Shown: positions 14,803-29,008, numbered from the stretch's first letter. The stretch: DNA of 64,000 nt from Eledone cirrhosa (GCA_964016885.1 OZ024740.1:91512001-91576000); one strand, 5' to 3'. The notes: generated by a model from the sequence alone, not told the origin. Program-made: numbers and translations.

Positions 14803-17114
14803 CTCTTTTACTCTTTTACCTGTTTCAGCCATCCGGCTGAGGCCATGCTGGGGCACCGCCCTTGTTGCTACACATTTTATCTCCAGCCTGTATAGGTTGG
14901 CCACTGGTGTAGGAGGGAGTTTGTTGCTGCTGCCCTTAGGTTTCCCTCGTGTCTTGCTGTGGGCTCATCCGGGATCCTGGATAACAAGGTGTCGAGATGT
15001 TTCTTAAAGACATCCACCTCCACGTCATGCAAGTCTCGCAGATGCCTCGGCAGCCTGTTGAAGAGTTGAGGGCCCTTGAATCCCAGGCTATTGCAATACC
15101 TGCTCCTTATTCTAGATGTGGAAGACGGGACCTTTGGCACCACACAGTGACGTCCTGTTCGACGGTTGGTCCAGCTCCCAATGCCAAAGTTTGGTGCTAG
15201 TCCCTCCAGGATTTTCTACATGTAGATCACTGCGTATCTCTCCCGTCTTCGCTCCAAGGAGTAGAGGTTCAGTTCCTTCAGCCTCTCCCAGTAGCTTGTC
15301 TCCCTCATCTTGGCAATCCTCGTTGGTGTAGCTTCGCTGGATTGCCTCAAGCTCTGTGGTTAGTTTGACACTATGGGGTGACCACAGCTGGGAGCAGTAG
15401 TCCAGGCGGCTTAGGACAAAAGTCCTCCACAGTGTCAACATGGTGTCTCGATCTCTTGTAAGGAAAGTCCTCAAGATCCAGCCAGCGAATCGTCTACATG
15501 CTGTCGCCACCTTCATGATGTGTAAAGAAAAAGATGCATCATCGCTCATGTCTATGCCCAGGTCACGTATCGATTTTGACACGTGGATATCGGTCCCTCC
15601 TGGTCCTGTGTAGCTGTGTTCCGCTATATTTGTGTTTGTGTTTGCAGGTTTGTATTGTAGGGCTTGGAATTTGCCAGCATTAAACTGCATGTTGTTTTCT
15701 TCCGCCCATCTGTATATGGCATCCAGATCCTGCTGTAAGAGGGCAGCGTCAGCCGGGTTTTTGATTGCCTGTGCTACCTTAGTGTCATCAGCATAGCTAG
15801 TGAGGGATGTTGTTGCATGCACCACAGAGGGCATGTCCGAGAGAGCCACCAAAAACAGTAGTGGTCCCAGGACTGTCCCCTGAGGCACCCCACTTGTTAT
15901 CGGTGTTTCCCTCGAGAGGGCCCCATTTGCTGCGACTGCCTGGCTTCTGTCCCTCAGGAAGCCATGCAGCCACTCACCTACTTTTCCAGTTATGCCGAGT
16001 CCGTGTAGTTTGTGACATATCATTCCGTGGTCGACCTTGTCAAAGGCCTTCGCAAAGTCAAGATATATCACGTCTACATGTGAGCTGTCTAGTAGCTGTC
16101 TCAGTACCCAGTCGTAGTGATGTAGCAGCTGTGTAAGGCAGCTTCTTCCTGGGCGGAAGCCATGTTGCGTGCTAGTCAGGCGGTCATTTATTTCGAGGAA
16201 AGTGATTAGTTTCTTTCTGACGACTCGCTCCATGACCTTACTGATATGCGACGTCAGGGAGACTGGCCTATAGTTCTTGGCCTCCGCTCTACTACCTCCT
16301 TTATGGATAGGGCATATTGTGCCTTCTTTCAGCTCCCTGGGTAGTACACCGCTAGCCAAGGAGCTTCTGAAGAGCATCTTCAGTGGAGTTGCTAAGGCCC
16401 GCTTACATATTTTTAGGAGAACTGCTGGGAATCCATCAGGTCCAGCAGCCGAGTCTGTTCTAATTTCATCAATGGCGTACACCACATCCTCCTCCGTTAT
16501 GTCTATGTGGTTGATGGTTGCCATTTCTTGATGTAGTGTTGTGGCATCAAAGAACTCCTCTGGCTTCGTTATTTGCATGTGCCTCAGTGGACATGTGAAA
16601 ACACTTTTGTACTGTTCGTTCAGTATTTCACATATCTCTTGGGGATTTTCGGTTAATGAACCGTCCGTGTGGAAGAGTGGTCCAATCTTGCAGTGTACTG
16701 AGGCAGTTTCTTTTGCAAATTTAAAGAAGGCCTTAGGGTTTGTTTTAATGTTTTCTATGGCCCTGTTCTCTTTCCTTGCCCTCTCATTCTCATGTGAAAG
16801 CTTGAGTGCAATCTCGGTGTCAAGTAGTGCACGTTTCAAATAGGATTCCTTCTTGTTTTGGTTTTGTTGACTATTCAACTGGTTTGAGAGTTTAGTTCTA
16901 CGTCTCATAAGGATTTTCCTATCTCTGGGAATAAGATTGTTGTGTCTGTTTGCCTCTTTCTCCGGGACACACTTTTTGCATATGGTGTGTATCGTTGTCA
17001 TGAAGTGTTGAAATTGTGTGTTAGTGTCTTGTGTGGCGATGTTTGCACTCCATGTTTGCTTCCGGATTTCACTCTTAATCTTCTTCCAGTCAGCCCCGTA
17101 GAAGTTAAGGCTGG

Positions 17115-17115
<1 letters not shown>
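14800..17115 (-). mobile_element. 5'-truncated CR1/L2-group LINE (RT), in (TA)n
   Basis: ORF with NYRPVSLTS, QHGFRPGRSC, YLDFAKAFD, GVPQGTVLGP, YADD, LDYCSQLWSP. Frameshift near 15325; C-terminus in the 14877-15143 frame. 3' tail ends in (GTAAAAGA)2. Confidence 0.92.
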
Positions 17116-17151
<36 letters not shown>

Positions 17152-19545
17152 TATAATATATATACACACACACACGCACATATGTGTGTGTATGTTTGGA
17201 TTTAGTATTTCGGGAATGGCAATTTCACATGCTATCAGAACGTTTGTTGAGAGATTACCTACCGTTGGCAATATAACAACTACATAAATAAATGCATTAT
17301 ATGTTAAGATATATTTTTATTATGTTGAGTATATTAAGGAAATAGGTATTGATGATGTGAGAATTATTGAGCTAGGATGAAAATAAACCTGCAATCTAGT
17401 ACTTATTAATTCAACATTCGCAGAAAATGTTATCACCATGATTCGCTTTGGCTACACGATTCACATTAATCCTTAATTACTAATACATTGCTTAAGATAT
17501 TGTATTTATATTGGTTCCCTCAAAGTGATGTAGTATTTCTAAAAATGAAGTGGTCGTTTGAGCACGATTCATTTTGGGCAACTTTAAACGTTTATCTAGA
17601 AATAAAAAGAGGAAATATATCTATTTCAAAGACAGAGTAATTTAAGCAAGTAAATTTGGGATTGTGTTATTTAAAGTTTAATTATCTTTAAGACCGAAAT
17701 AATCAAATATGTGATGTTTTCAAGAAATAAATGCGTGATCTAGAAACGTGGAGCGCCTTATCAAATATAACATGTCTAACATATTTGAGAATATATGCAT
17801 AAAATATGAGAAACTTCTCAAGATTCATTAAATATATGTTTTTCATGTTGAAGGAAATTAAATAGATATAGGACATTATAGGAATAAAATGTCTATATTT
17901 TCAGATGGTCTAAAAAGAATCCCTGAAAACATATGCTTCATGAAAACACGGGATAAGTATATTGAAAAAATCCAAACCTGATTTTGATGATATAACTGAA
18001 AGCTCTATAGCCTACAATGGCCACCTTTGTACTTTAAAATATTAACTACAATGTTCATACACACATTGAGATAATCTCTCCCCAATATAATATAGCGTCA
18101 TTGTAATTACATTGCAGAATGTATGGTAAGCCGTTTGTTTTTTGGTGTTAGCAAGTTTTTCAAAATTTCACACACCTAATCTATTATTTTTCTCACCGAT
18201 ATGTAAGATGGCAACATCGAGGGAGCCGCTGCCTTATAGCGATAGCGTCAGGTGATTTTATCCCCCATATATCATCAAAATATAACAATAAAAATAAACA
18301 CGATTTCGTGCTACCCGTTAAGAGTTTGACTGGCCTACATCACTGACCTACATCACTAGAAAGGTTGCATATAATGTTCAGAGATAGAGCGTTGAAAGCT
18401 GCACACTACAATGTATTATTGCTGTTAAATGAGAAGAACATTACTATGTTCGCTAAACAGTGAAACCATGAATATTCTAATCCCCAGTATCTATTTGATA
18501 CACAAAATGGATACAAGAAAAATAAGTTTATGCATTTGATTAGGAAATACATACAAAACCTTCCTGTCGTGAAAAAGATCGAATAGATCATCAAATATAT
18601 TGATGTCCATTTGGTGACTACGCTGAATGCAACATTGTGAAATTAGCTCCATATCTTCTGCTCTAAAAGAGAATTGCAATATAAAGTATATATTCCTTTC
18701 TGAGTAATTTCAATACTTGGTGTCTCGTGCTTTTAATACTGATGGCTACATGACTGAACACAATTAATTAGAGGGATCTATGATTGATATTGTCTGATAT
18801 ATGAAAATAGTGTAAGAAATATGAAATTTTCTTTTTGACAAAGTATTCTTTAGTAAAATCTAAGCATGTTATATTGATACTTTACATATATGATATAATT
18901 ACTAAATGTTTAATATATATACCAAACTAATTAGTTATAGGGATAATGTATACGGACGGGTGTAATATTAGATACCAGGATATCTGATTGGAAAATGAAA
19001 TTATTTAGCAAAATGAGATGAAAATCCACTTTTTTGTAAGTGTGTAGACTTGAGAAATATAATTTCATTTATCAAAGTCTATCGTACGACAAATAGATTT
19101 TTAGACGTATGTAATTGTTTTTGGCAATGCGACATTAGAAAGTATGTCGTCGAACAAACGCCCTGAGGTAACACTGATTAATTGAAGACTTAAGACTAAT
19201 ATGGATGGTACGTAAAAATTATAAATATCGATAATTAACCAATGGTATCGTGATTAATTAAATATCCTCACTCTAAATAACATAAGCACCTAATTGCACA
19301 AAGAAAATATATCTTGGCTAACAATGAACGTATATCATATCATGCATATTTGGTTGGTTAGTTTTGTCTTTGGAGTTGAAAAGCAAAGATAATGCAGAAG
19401 TTTTCACATAAATGAGATGAAGGTAATTTCCATGTACAAAATAACAGAATACTTTCAAATTTAGTGTATGGATTTACTGAATACACATTGTGTTTTAAGT
19501 GGTATGCTAACCAGCTAACGAAATATATTTAGCATATGGGTAGCA

Positions 19546-19603
<58 letters not shown>

Positions 19604-19605
19604 TT

Positions 19606-21118
19606 AACATGTCTATAGAATCACAAGATAACATATATACTATTTCCTCTCCCAATTAGCATAATTAACTATATAAAAAATCGAATAGAGCAGGCTATGT
19701 GAATGAGGCTTCTATGAAGGAATCTCCAGCAAATAACCAAAACTAGCGCTTCACGTCGGCCGCATTGGAATATTTATCGAATATTTCGACAGCGTAATCG
19801 CCTAGATACAGTCAACTAAGCAGAATTAGGTTTAAAATAAACTAGGAGAAAATAGAATACACTTAAATACCTATACCATGGTTTCGTCCATGTTTTGAGT
19901 TATCCAATAATTATGTAATACTTATATAAAATCGAGCGCCGGAATCTTCAGGAAGCTCGCTCATATCTAGACATTAAATTTTCCAAAACGATCGCGCCAA
20001 GAATTCATTTCAAGATGGCTAAAAATCGTCACGTAGTCGCGGTCAAGTTGGAAGGGGTGTGGTAGTTGGTTACGACTGGTGGCATTTTTGCTAGAAAGCA
20101 CAGCACAATACAGCCAAATGTGTGTCTCAACCAAGTGGGAGATTATTACATATAAAAGTTTACATATATATATACATACACATACATATACGTGTTTTGC
20201 AACTGGTCACTTTTTGGCTCAATGAAAATTAATAGATTAAACAATCAGAGCTATATATCATAAAACATGTCTATAGAATCACAAGATAAAATATATACTA
20301 TTTCCTCTCCCAATTAGCATAATTAACTATATAAAAAATCGAATAGAGCAGGCTATACGAATGAGGCTTCTATGAAGGAATCTCCAACAAATAACCAAAA
20401 CTACCGCTTCGCGTCGGCCGCATTGGAATATTTATCGAATATTTAGACAGCGTAATCGCCTAGATACAGTCAAATAAGCAGAATTAGGTTTAGACACAAA
20501 TTTGGATGTATTGTGCTGTGCTTTCTAGCAAAAATGCCACAAGTCGTAACCAACTACCACACCCCTTCCAACTTGACCGCGACTACGTCACGATTTTTAG
20601 CCATTTTGAAATTAATTCTTGGCGCGATCGTTTTGGAAAATTTAATATCTAGATATGAGCGAGCTTCCTGAAGAATCCGGCGCTCGAGTTTATATAATTA
20701 TTACATAATTATTGGATAACTCAAAACACGGACCAAACCATGGTAGAGGTATTTAAGTGTATTCTATTTTTTCCTAGTTTATTTTAAACCTAATTCTGCT
20801 TAGTTGACTGTATCTAGGCGATTACGCTGTTGAAATATTCGATAAATATTCCAATGCGGCCGACGCGAAGCGGTAGTTTTGGTTATTTGTTGGAGATTCC
20901 TTCATAGAAGCCTCATTCGTATAGCCTGCTCTATTCGATTTTTTATATAGTTAATTATGCTAATTGGGAGAGGAAATAGTATATATTTTATCTTGTGATT
21001 CTATAGACATGTTTTATGATATATAGCTCTGATTGTTTAATTTATTAATTTTCATTGAGCCAAAAAGTGACCAGTTGCAAAACACGTATATGTATGTGTA
21101 TGTATATATATATGTAAA

Positions 21119-21125
<7 letters not shown>
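19606..21125. repeat. duplication-inversion complex
   Basis: Order: A1A2 (19606-20127), X (20155-20263), A1 (20264-20492), then the reverse complement of X-A1-A2 (20493-21125). Confidence 0.85.
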
Positions 21126-21157
<32 letters not shown>

Positions 21158-23832
21158 GCAGGAGGTGAGTGTTATTGTAGTACAATAAAGCAATGCAGAT
21201 ATCGGATAAGTAGCACTCTACAGTTTGTAGGACTGGAGTATAAATAATATATAATATCAAAAGATGGTTAAAAGAGTTCCATGTATTTTATTATGCGTAT
21301 TTCAAAACCAAATATCATCATGCAATAACATTTGCGTTTTCGTCAGATAAAATAGGGAGACATGATATGAAGGTTAAAACACACTTGTGAATAGTGCAGT
21401 TATAAATCAACATATGAAAAGTAGTTTTAGATTGATGTGGGATATTGGGAAAACATTGAAAGGATGAAAAAGAGGAGGAGATGAGAGTAAAAAGTGGAGA
21501 GGGAGGAGTATAATGAGGAAGGATGAGATAGGAGGAGAGATGAGTGATAGAGAGAGAGATAGCTTTTATAACTGAGAAAAATATATTGTTTTACATAGAG
21601 AGGTTGAAAAACCGTTGGAAGGTAATATATAAATTAAAAAAATTTGAAAATTAACGAAGAGAAACATTTTAGAATAATGGTAAATTAAGGTTTGTATATT
21701 TAAGGGTTTAATAATATGTGCGATGAAAAGAAATTGTTAATATGTATTATGAATAATATTTAAGGGTTTAATAATACGTGCGATGGAAAGAAATTGTTGA
21801 TATGTATTATTAAAAAATATAAAAATACAGCAATAGTAATGTAATTAAGGATATATTGTGAAAGAAGTAGAAGAGTGGATGAATAAGTGTAATATGTATA
21901 AGTTAGATGAACATGAAAGGGAGAAAAATAATGAATTGAGGATGAATAATCTAACGTAAAAAAATATTTATGTTTACGAATGATTTTTTGAAGGTGATAT
22001 GAAGTAAGAATATATTGTGCTGAGTAATAATTGCTTCTACGTTAGGCACAATGATAATTGAGAAGTATTTAGGAAGAAAAGGTACATATTAGAGGTTAGA
22101 AATTAAAAGAAAAAGAAAAAAAGAAAAAGAAAAAAAAAAGAAAGAAAGGGAAGTGATAAATAGGAGTGATATAGAATGAGTAACTGGTATTATATAATGT
22201 ATAACAAATAACATTGAAATAAGGTAGAAAGATGGGTATATTTTTAAAGAAATATATATGTATATATATATATATGTGCCTTTGAGAAAAGGATTTTAAA
22301 TTGATAAAGTATTATATATTAGCTGTATACTTTATGGAATGTTCTGTGGAATTTATGCAAGCAGAGAGAAAACAAGTCAGTGCGTCTATTTATTATAGAA
22401 TCTAACTTAGATATAATGGTACATTTTTCACATAAACAGAGATGGCATGTCTTGGATAGAGAACTATTCAAGTATGAAGAAGCAGAACAAACCTTCTTCC
22501 AAGAGATGTTATAGTTAATATTTTTCTCTTTCAAGGACCATATGAGTTCTGAGAGTGCCGTGTTGGTTCTTTTAAGTTGGTATTTAAAAGACGAATGATG
22601 ATTATAGAGACAAGCTTTAAAGGAGGTGGAAGTGGAGCCAAAATAGGTAAAGGAATTGGTGTCAGTTATAACTTTGCATTCGTAGATTAAGTTTTTTTGA
22701 AGACAATGGTTGTTGAGAGGTAATTTATTTTTAACAGGGCAATTGCAATTGCGATTAGAGAGATTAACAGAGTTATTAACAAGCGACCTAGTGTTATCTA
22801 TAGAAGGAATTGGATTGGAGAAGTTATTTACGATAGGAATAATAGTTTCTTGATTTAGAATGGGATTGCGAACATTTAGCGAAGTTGCGTTTAACGTTGT
22901 ATTTGGGTTTGCAGAAATTAGCCTAGAGTTTACAATGACGTCGGGAGTACTATTATTATGATATTCAGTGTTGGAATGAAGAGATTTAGTATTTAGTATT
23001 TATTGTTGTGTTTAGAGATAATGTTGGAGATGTTGGACGATGTCGAATAGGAAAATATTATAGTGTGTTTGTTAAATATTTTAGTATAGATATGTAAGGG
23101 AGGGAAGCATTTGTTTAAGGCACTAAATAATAATTTAGGAATATTATTATTAATAGAGATGGAGAAAGGAGCATTATACCAGATTATGTTTTTGCAGATA
23201 GGTCTTTTATTAAAGTTATTGGAATGATCATGATTACTTATTCTACTGTAAGGTCTTCTAGAATTTGTTTCTCTACTATATTTGATTTTATCAGGATAAC
23301 CGGCTTTAGAAAGCGTGTAATTATAGTAATTCGCGTTAGCATCAAAGATGTTTTTATTAGAAGATAGGTTAGATATTATTTTTCCAATATTACTAACTAT
23401 AGCATTCTTAATATTAGTGGGGTGGTTAGATTTAAAATTAACATAATTTAGGTTCTCATAGGCCACTGTCAAGATTAAGAGATACATCCAAGAATATAGC
23501 TAGCTTGATGCTGTTATCAAATTCCATTTTTAATTATGTTGGTTAAAGAGATTACGTATATTGTTCTTAATAATATTAAGGTTAACTATGTTGCAATTTA
23601 AGATAGTAAAAGAGTCCATCGTCACGATAAATTCCACCGCGAAGTTGAGGAATTTTCCGATTCAAAGAATTAAAAATAAAGATACCAATTAAATCTGTCA
23701 ATTGGGATGAATCAGATGCTCCGATTGTGATGTCAAAGTTGTTAGAGGTATCAGCTCTGGCCCAATATTCATAGTTGAAATCTATGATGGTTTTACGTGC
23801 GGGGAGAATGATGTGAAGTTCATCTGTGGTAT
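21158..23832 (-). mobile_element. 5'-truncated, decayed Penelope-like element (family-B 3' end)
   Basis: RT remnants (IGASDSSQLTDLIG, GGIYRDDG, SNHP, WYNAPF). NCNC linker and IYECKV...YFGST, CHLCLCEK at ~22320-22760. HHR core CUGACGA at 21346-21340 with tail to 21158. Confidence 0.88.
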
Positions 23833-24745
23833 GGGAAAAAGGAAATTTCATTTCTCACTCTTAGTACGGCAGATACTTAAATATAACTATATAAACGTAC
23901 ATACATATATGTATACAGACGTACAATAGTATGTATATACATACATATATGCACACATATATATGTACATATGTGTTTACCGAACACTTATTATAATGCT
24001 CGGTTTGTTTGTAAACAAACAGCCCGAATTAAGCCGTACAGTGTTCGCCAACCATCGTTGCCCTTTTGTTCAACACTGATAAAGGAACGATGAACTAGTT
24101 TCTAGCTTGTTAGCTGTCATCAGTACCGTATACCTTCCTGTCAATCGATTGAACGTTTGAAAGTATATACTTTCCTTATGCATATTAACGGTTCAGCAGC
24201 CTAATTTGCATATCGAGTGAGTTAGTCGGCCGGGCGTACCGAAATCGATAAATGGAAAAAGTGAAATGTCATTACTCACTCTTAGTACGGCTGATACTTG
24301 AATATAAGTATGTATACGTACACACATATATTTATACAGACGTACGGTAGTATGTATATACATACATACATACATGCACACATATATATAGGTACGTATG
24401 GATTTACCGAACACTTATTATAATGTTCTGTTTGTTTGTAAACAAATAGCCCGAAATAAGCCGGACCGTGTTCGGCAACCATCGTTGCCCTATTGTTCAA
24501 CACTGACAAAGGAATATGTATGTACGTATACATATTTATAGTCAAGTATCAGCAACGATGGTTGCCGAACACTGTACTGCTTAATTAGGTATGTTTGTTT
24601 ACAATCAAAGCAAATATTATAATAAGTGTTCGGTAAATCCATACGTACATATATATATATATGTGTTCATGTATGCATGTATATACATACTACTGTACGT
24701 CTGTAATCATATATGTATGAACGTATACATACTTATATATATATA
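23833..24745. repeat. direct duplication (~420-bp period) followed by an inverted partial copy
   Basis: 23833-24088 is repeated at 24255-24515; 24516-24745 consists of reverse-complement pieces of the same unit. Confidence 0.8.
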
Positions 24746-24779
24746 TGTATATATCTATCTATCTATCTATCTATATATA

Positions 24780-27700
24780 GCTTCGGCCATTTAAAAAAAA
24801 TATTGACTTTTCAACAAGAAAAAACTTTTTTTTGTTTAACTATTTCGCCTAAAGGCGTAGAATATTTTGAGAGACTGACCAGATCAAAGTTTGACCTGGC
24901 ATTCACTCTACAACATGGTACAAAAATTAAAGTTATCAGACAAGAATTTCTATAGAAATTTAAACAGAACTTACTCAGCAAGTTATACGCGTGTGTCCAT
25001 CTCAAAAACAATTTTAAAGAGGACGTGGGTCCCCCCTGCGTCGGGCCCATTAACCGCGTCCTCCTAAAAAACTATCCCACCCCCTCCCCAAACACCCACA
25101 CAACTCCAAGCTCCCCAACCACACAACACACTGATGCCCCTACACTTCCACAAACCACCACCCACCCAACAACCCATCCCCCACCCTAATGGAAATTGTG
25201 CAGCCCGATACCCGGGACGCAGAGAGGTAAGTGCCTTTTCTCTTCACCACCAACATGGCTATGCTAAGAGTAGGCTGTTTAAATGCGCGTGGCCTGGGCT
25301 CAACTTGAAAGCAAGCAATGCTTCTAAATGACCTCAGGTCACAACGTATAGAAGTGATGGTTATTTGCGAGGCCCGGATCAGCAACCTGCGACAGCTGGC
25401 CCCCACCTTTGATGACTTTGAGATGCACGCATCTCTCTGTCAGCCCGGAGGTGGGGGCGGAGTTGTCGTTCTGCTGCAAAAACATCTGGGTCTCGCAACA
25501 CAGATGGTACATTTGGACCCGGAGGGTCGACTAGTGGTTCTGGATCTTGGCAGTGGTAAAGGCGGTGCGTTTAGGTTGGTAGCCGCCTACGGCCATTTCG
25601 GGTCAATGCGGCCGGACTTCTTCCATCGTCTGGAGACTTTTCTAGGGACGTCCCGCTCCTTGCTATTAGTGGGGGACTGGAATGGTATCCTAGATGCACG
25701 CTGGGACTACGTAGGGGCCGGTCCCGATAGAGAGAGGTGTAATAGCCTCAAAGGGTTAATCGGTCGATTTGACCTGGCCGATAGATACCGACTAGATTTT
25801 CCGACTGCGCCAACCTGGACTTGGGCAAATCGTAGCGGAACATCTAGGTCGTACCTAGATAGGTTCTTAGTTAGAATTAAGGATAAGGACTTTTTAAGTT
25901 GTCCAAAAATGCGCATGGTTGGCTATTCAGACCACAAATTAGTGACCTGCATGGTCAACCTTGACAGAACTCATAGACAGGGACCCGGTTACTGGAAGCT
26001 CAACTTGTCCTTACCGGCAAGTAAGGCTTACAGGAACCGGATTAGCACTTTAGTTAAGGACCGGTTGACGGGCGCCATCGTCAACAGCAGGTGGTGGGGA
26101 TCTCTCAACAGAGAGATTAGAGTAGTCTCTATAGAATTTAGTAAGGAGTTAGCCTCCAATAGAAATAGGAAGGAAAGGGAGTTGGTAGATAGTGTAGAAG
26201 AGGCAATTAGAAGCGGCGACGTGGCCAGAGTGCTAGCGTCGAGAACGGCCCTGGGCCAGTTCTTCGACGCGAAACACGAAGGCTGCATCGTCCGAAGCAA
26301 AATACGTGCTCTGGGAAACGAGGGGACCAAAGCTGTTAGCTGGGCCCGCGTCACAGAAGCCAAAAGAGGGAGCAGATCCACTATCCGGTCTTTGCGAGAC
26401 CAGGATGGACGGGTGATCCTTGAACCTAAGCAGATGTGCGAGGCTTTTCAAAAACACTTTGCTGAATTGTTCGGAAGGGGCGGGTGGCCGGTTGGGGACG
26501 TGGACTTCGGTCCATACCTCGACGGCCTGCCGCGTCTCTCGGACAGGGAGGCGAAGTCCTGCGAGGAGCCGATTTCAGCCGCTGAGATAGAGGACGTGCT
26601 GAGCCAATGCGGCAAACGCAAATCCCCGGGTCTCGATGGTCTTCCATACGAACTATATCTAGCTATGCCGGACTTGTTCCCCGAACTCCTCGAGGCGGTC
26701 TACTGCAACTGGCGACAGAACGGGAGAATTCCCTGTGCTGTGACCAAGGGCGTAGTCACGCTAGTGAGGAAGGACGAGAACAAGGGGGACGATATAAATA
26801 ATTTCAGGCCCATAACTCTGCTAAATACAGAGTTACAGATTTTGGCCAAGGTGCTAGCAAAGAGGTTGGCGCTTGTCGTGGGCAACCTGATGGGAGATGC
26901 GCAGACATGTGCTATCCCGTCCAGGTCCATCCACGATAACATCCACCTCATGCGATACATCATAGAGATGGTTGGGAACGAACCCGGCTTTGGTGGGGCC
27001 CTGATCAACTTGGATCAATCTAAGGCATTCGATAGGGTCGACCATGGTTACCTGGATGCGGTGCTAGCGGCGGCAGGCTTCGGATCCGTTTTCAGGGGCT
27101 GGATCAATGCCATGCACAGCAGCCGCATTTGCTCTAGGGTCAAGGTGAACGGCTACCTCTCGGAACCGTTCGAAATCGCGCGGCCCATCCGACAGGGGTG
27201 CCCTCTCTCCTCCCTTCTGTATGTAGTGACTCTAGAGCCACTGCTGCGGCAGTTGGAGTTGTTGCAGGGCATCCCGTTGGAACCGGGATTGCGGAAAGCG
27301 GTGTCAGCCTACGCCGATGACGTAACAGTAATGGTGTCGACGGCCTCGGAAATCGGGGCGATCGGCACCTTACTGGAGGAGTACGAAAGGTTTACAGGGG
27401 CTAAGCTGAACCGGGACAAGTCGATCGGTCTGCAGCTCAGCAAGTGGAGGGGCAGATCGATGCCCTCCGATGGCGTCGTCGGGCGCTGGACGGAGGGCCC
27501 GGTGAAATTGCTCGGGGTCTGGTTCGGACCAGATCTCCAGGTGGAGAAGAACTGGGGTGAGGTGACGAGCAGGGTGTTTGCACTGACCCAGAAGTGGGCC
27601 GAGTGAAAACTGTCCCTGAAAGGTCGGGCGGAGGTGGTGAACACTTATATAGCATCCGTCATCTACTACCGCCTGACCGTGGTGCCTTGCAGAGGGAAAC

Positions 27701-28951
27701 GCTCGCCAAAATGGAGCGCGCACTCTTCCAATTCCTTTGGAAGAAACGGGCTCCTATAGTGAGGAGATCCATCTGCTGTCAACACCCTTCGAAAGGAGGG
27801 CTGGGGATGCCGTGGCTGATTATACGTAACTACGCATTAAGGCTACGGCACCTTCAGGTATTCCTCTCCGGTCAACCGGTGTGGGCCCCGTTTGTGAGGC
27901 GAGCCTTTCCCAGACTCGTCTCACTCACCGAGCTGCAATCCTGGGTCAAGCAAAGACCGAGAAAACTGGACGCCTGGCACACCGAGGGTGCCCAGGCGCT
28001 CACGGCTCTCTGGCAGGCGGGCCCGGGTGTCAGTGGAGAATCCACCTCGTCATTCTATAGAGGGCTGGTGGTTAGCAGGTGCGACGACGCATTAGGAGAA
28101 GCCCTAGGCATGGAGGAAGACGAACTGGCCAACCTGTTCGGTAGGACATTCAGCCCGGGACCCATGGATAACTTCCATAGGTCCCTGGCCTGGCAATGCT
28201 ACAGAAGGGCTCTGCCCGTTCGAGAAAGGCTCTACAGATACGGGCGCCCGGGTAGGGACCCATCGAAAAAGGTCTGTCCCAGATGCGTGTGCGACGAGGA
28301 AACCGTTGCACAAGCATTGGTACACTGCTCGGGCATTGCCGATCTGTGGGGCTATGTCGAACAACTGCTGTCAAGGGTGGGACCGGTCCGGTTGACCACC
28401 GAGTCTATTGTAACTATCAAGCCGCCTCCCCTCTTCAAAAACGAAGGAGAGGCGGTGTTTCTGTGCGTAATAGCCATGGCGAAAGAGGTTGTATGGTGGA
28501 CGCGTCTGAAAGGACTGAGGTCAGACACCTTTCTCTCTGGTCAACAAGTGGTCCGTTTCTTCCGATATCATTTCGGAAGAAGGATCAGGATGGAGAGAGA
28601 GGTGCTGCACCCCAGCCGTTTCTATGAAAGATGGGTGGAAGTGGCGAGAATGGCCCGTGTGAATGGGCCTTCACTCTACATCAGACTATAGGTGAGGAAG
28701 ATGAAAGACCAAGGGAGCACCCCTTCTCTGTGCTCCTGAGGAGAAGGGTTGCACACTTTTTTCGGGGGTGTGTGCGACCCCCCAAGGCGCCTCCTCTCTA
28801 TTGAGGACTTTGTTATAAATTTTATTTTTTGTTATATTTTATTTTATTTTTATATATTGTTATTGCCTCCTCCTTATTGAGGACGCCTTGGTTTGTAAAC
28901 TCCCCCCATTGTACTTGTCCCACTTTTGATGCCCTGGTGGCAAATAAAAGA

Positions 28952-28954
<3 letters not shown>
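24780..28954 (+). mobile_element. Tx1/L1-clade non-LTR retrotransposon, 5'-truncated, in (TA)n
   Basis: APE+RT+C-terminal Cys/His ORF2; 3' end AATAAAAGAAAC abuts (TA)n; homologous to 42195-47830. Confidence 0.92.
25255..28691 (+). pseudogene. Tx1-type ORF2 (AP endonuclease, reverse transcriptase, Cys/His motif)
   Basis: CAACATGG start at 25255 (MAMLRVGCLNARGL), GDWN, YLDR, SDH, GPGYWKLN, FRPITLLN, LDQSKAFDRV, RQGCPLS, YADD, CPRC...ETVAQALVHC. In-frame TGA at 25306 and 27604; frameshift ~27690. Confidence 0.92.

Positions 28955-29008
<54 letters not shown>

Noticed and set aside
17116-17271. N-terminal ~50 aa of the 719-aa ORF
   Set aside because: Read-through from the flank and TA tract; LINE homology stops at ~17115.
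17905-18045. Plus-strand exon with LRR-like GLKRIPENIC
   Set aside because: Stops in all frames shortly after the acceptor and no good donor.
25306-27606. In-frame TGA codons in Tx1 ORF2 as recoding or selenocysteine
   Set aside because: Best explained as point mutations (likely CGA>TGA); the second copy has Arg at the 27604 position, and a frameshift is also present.
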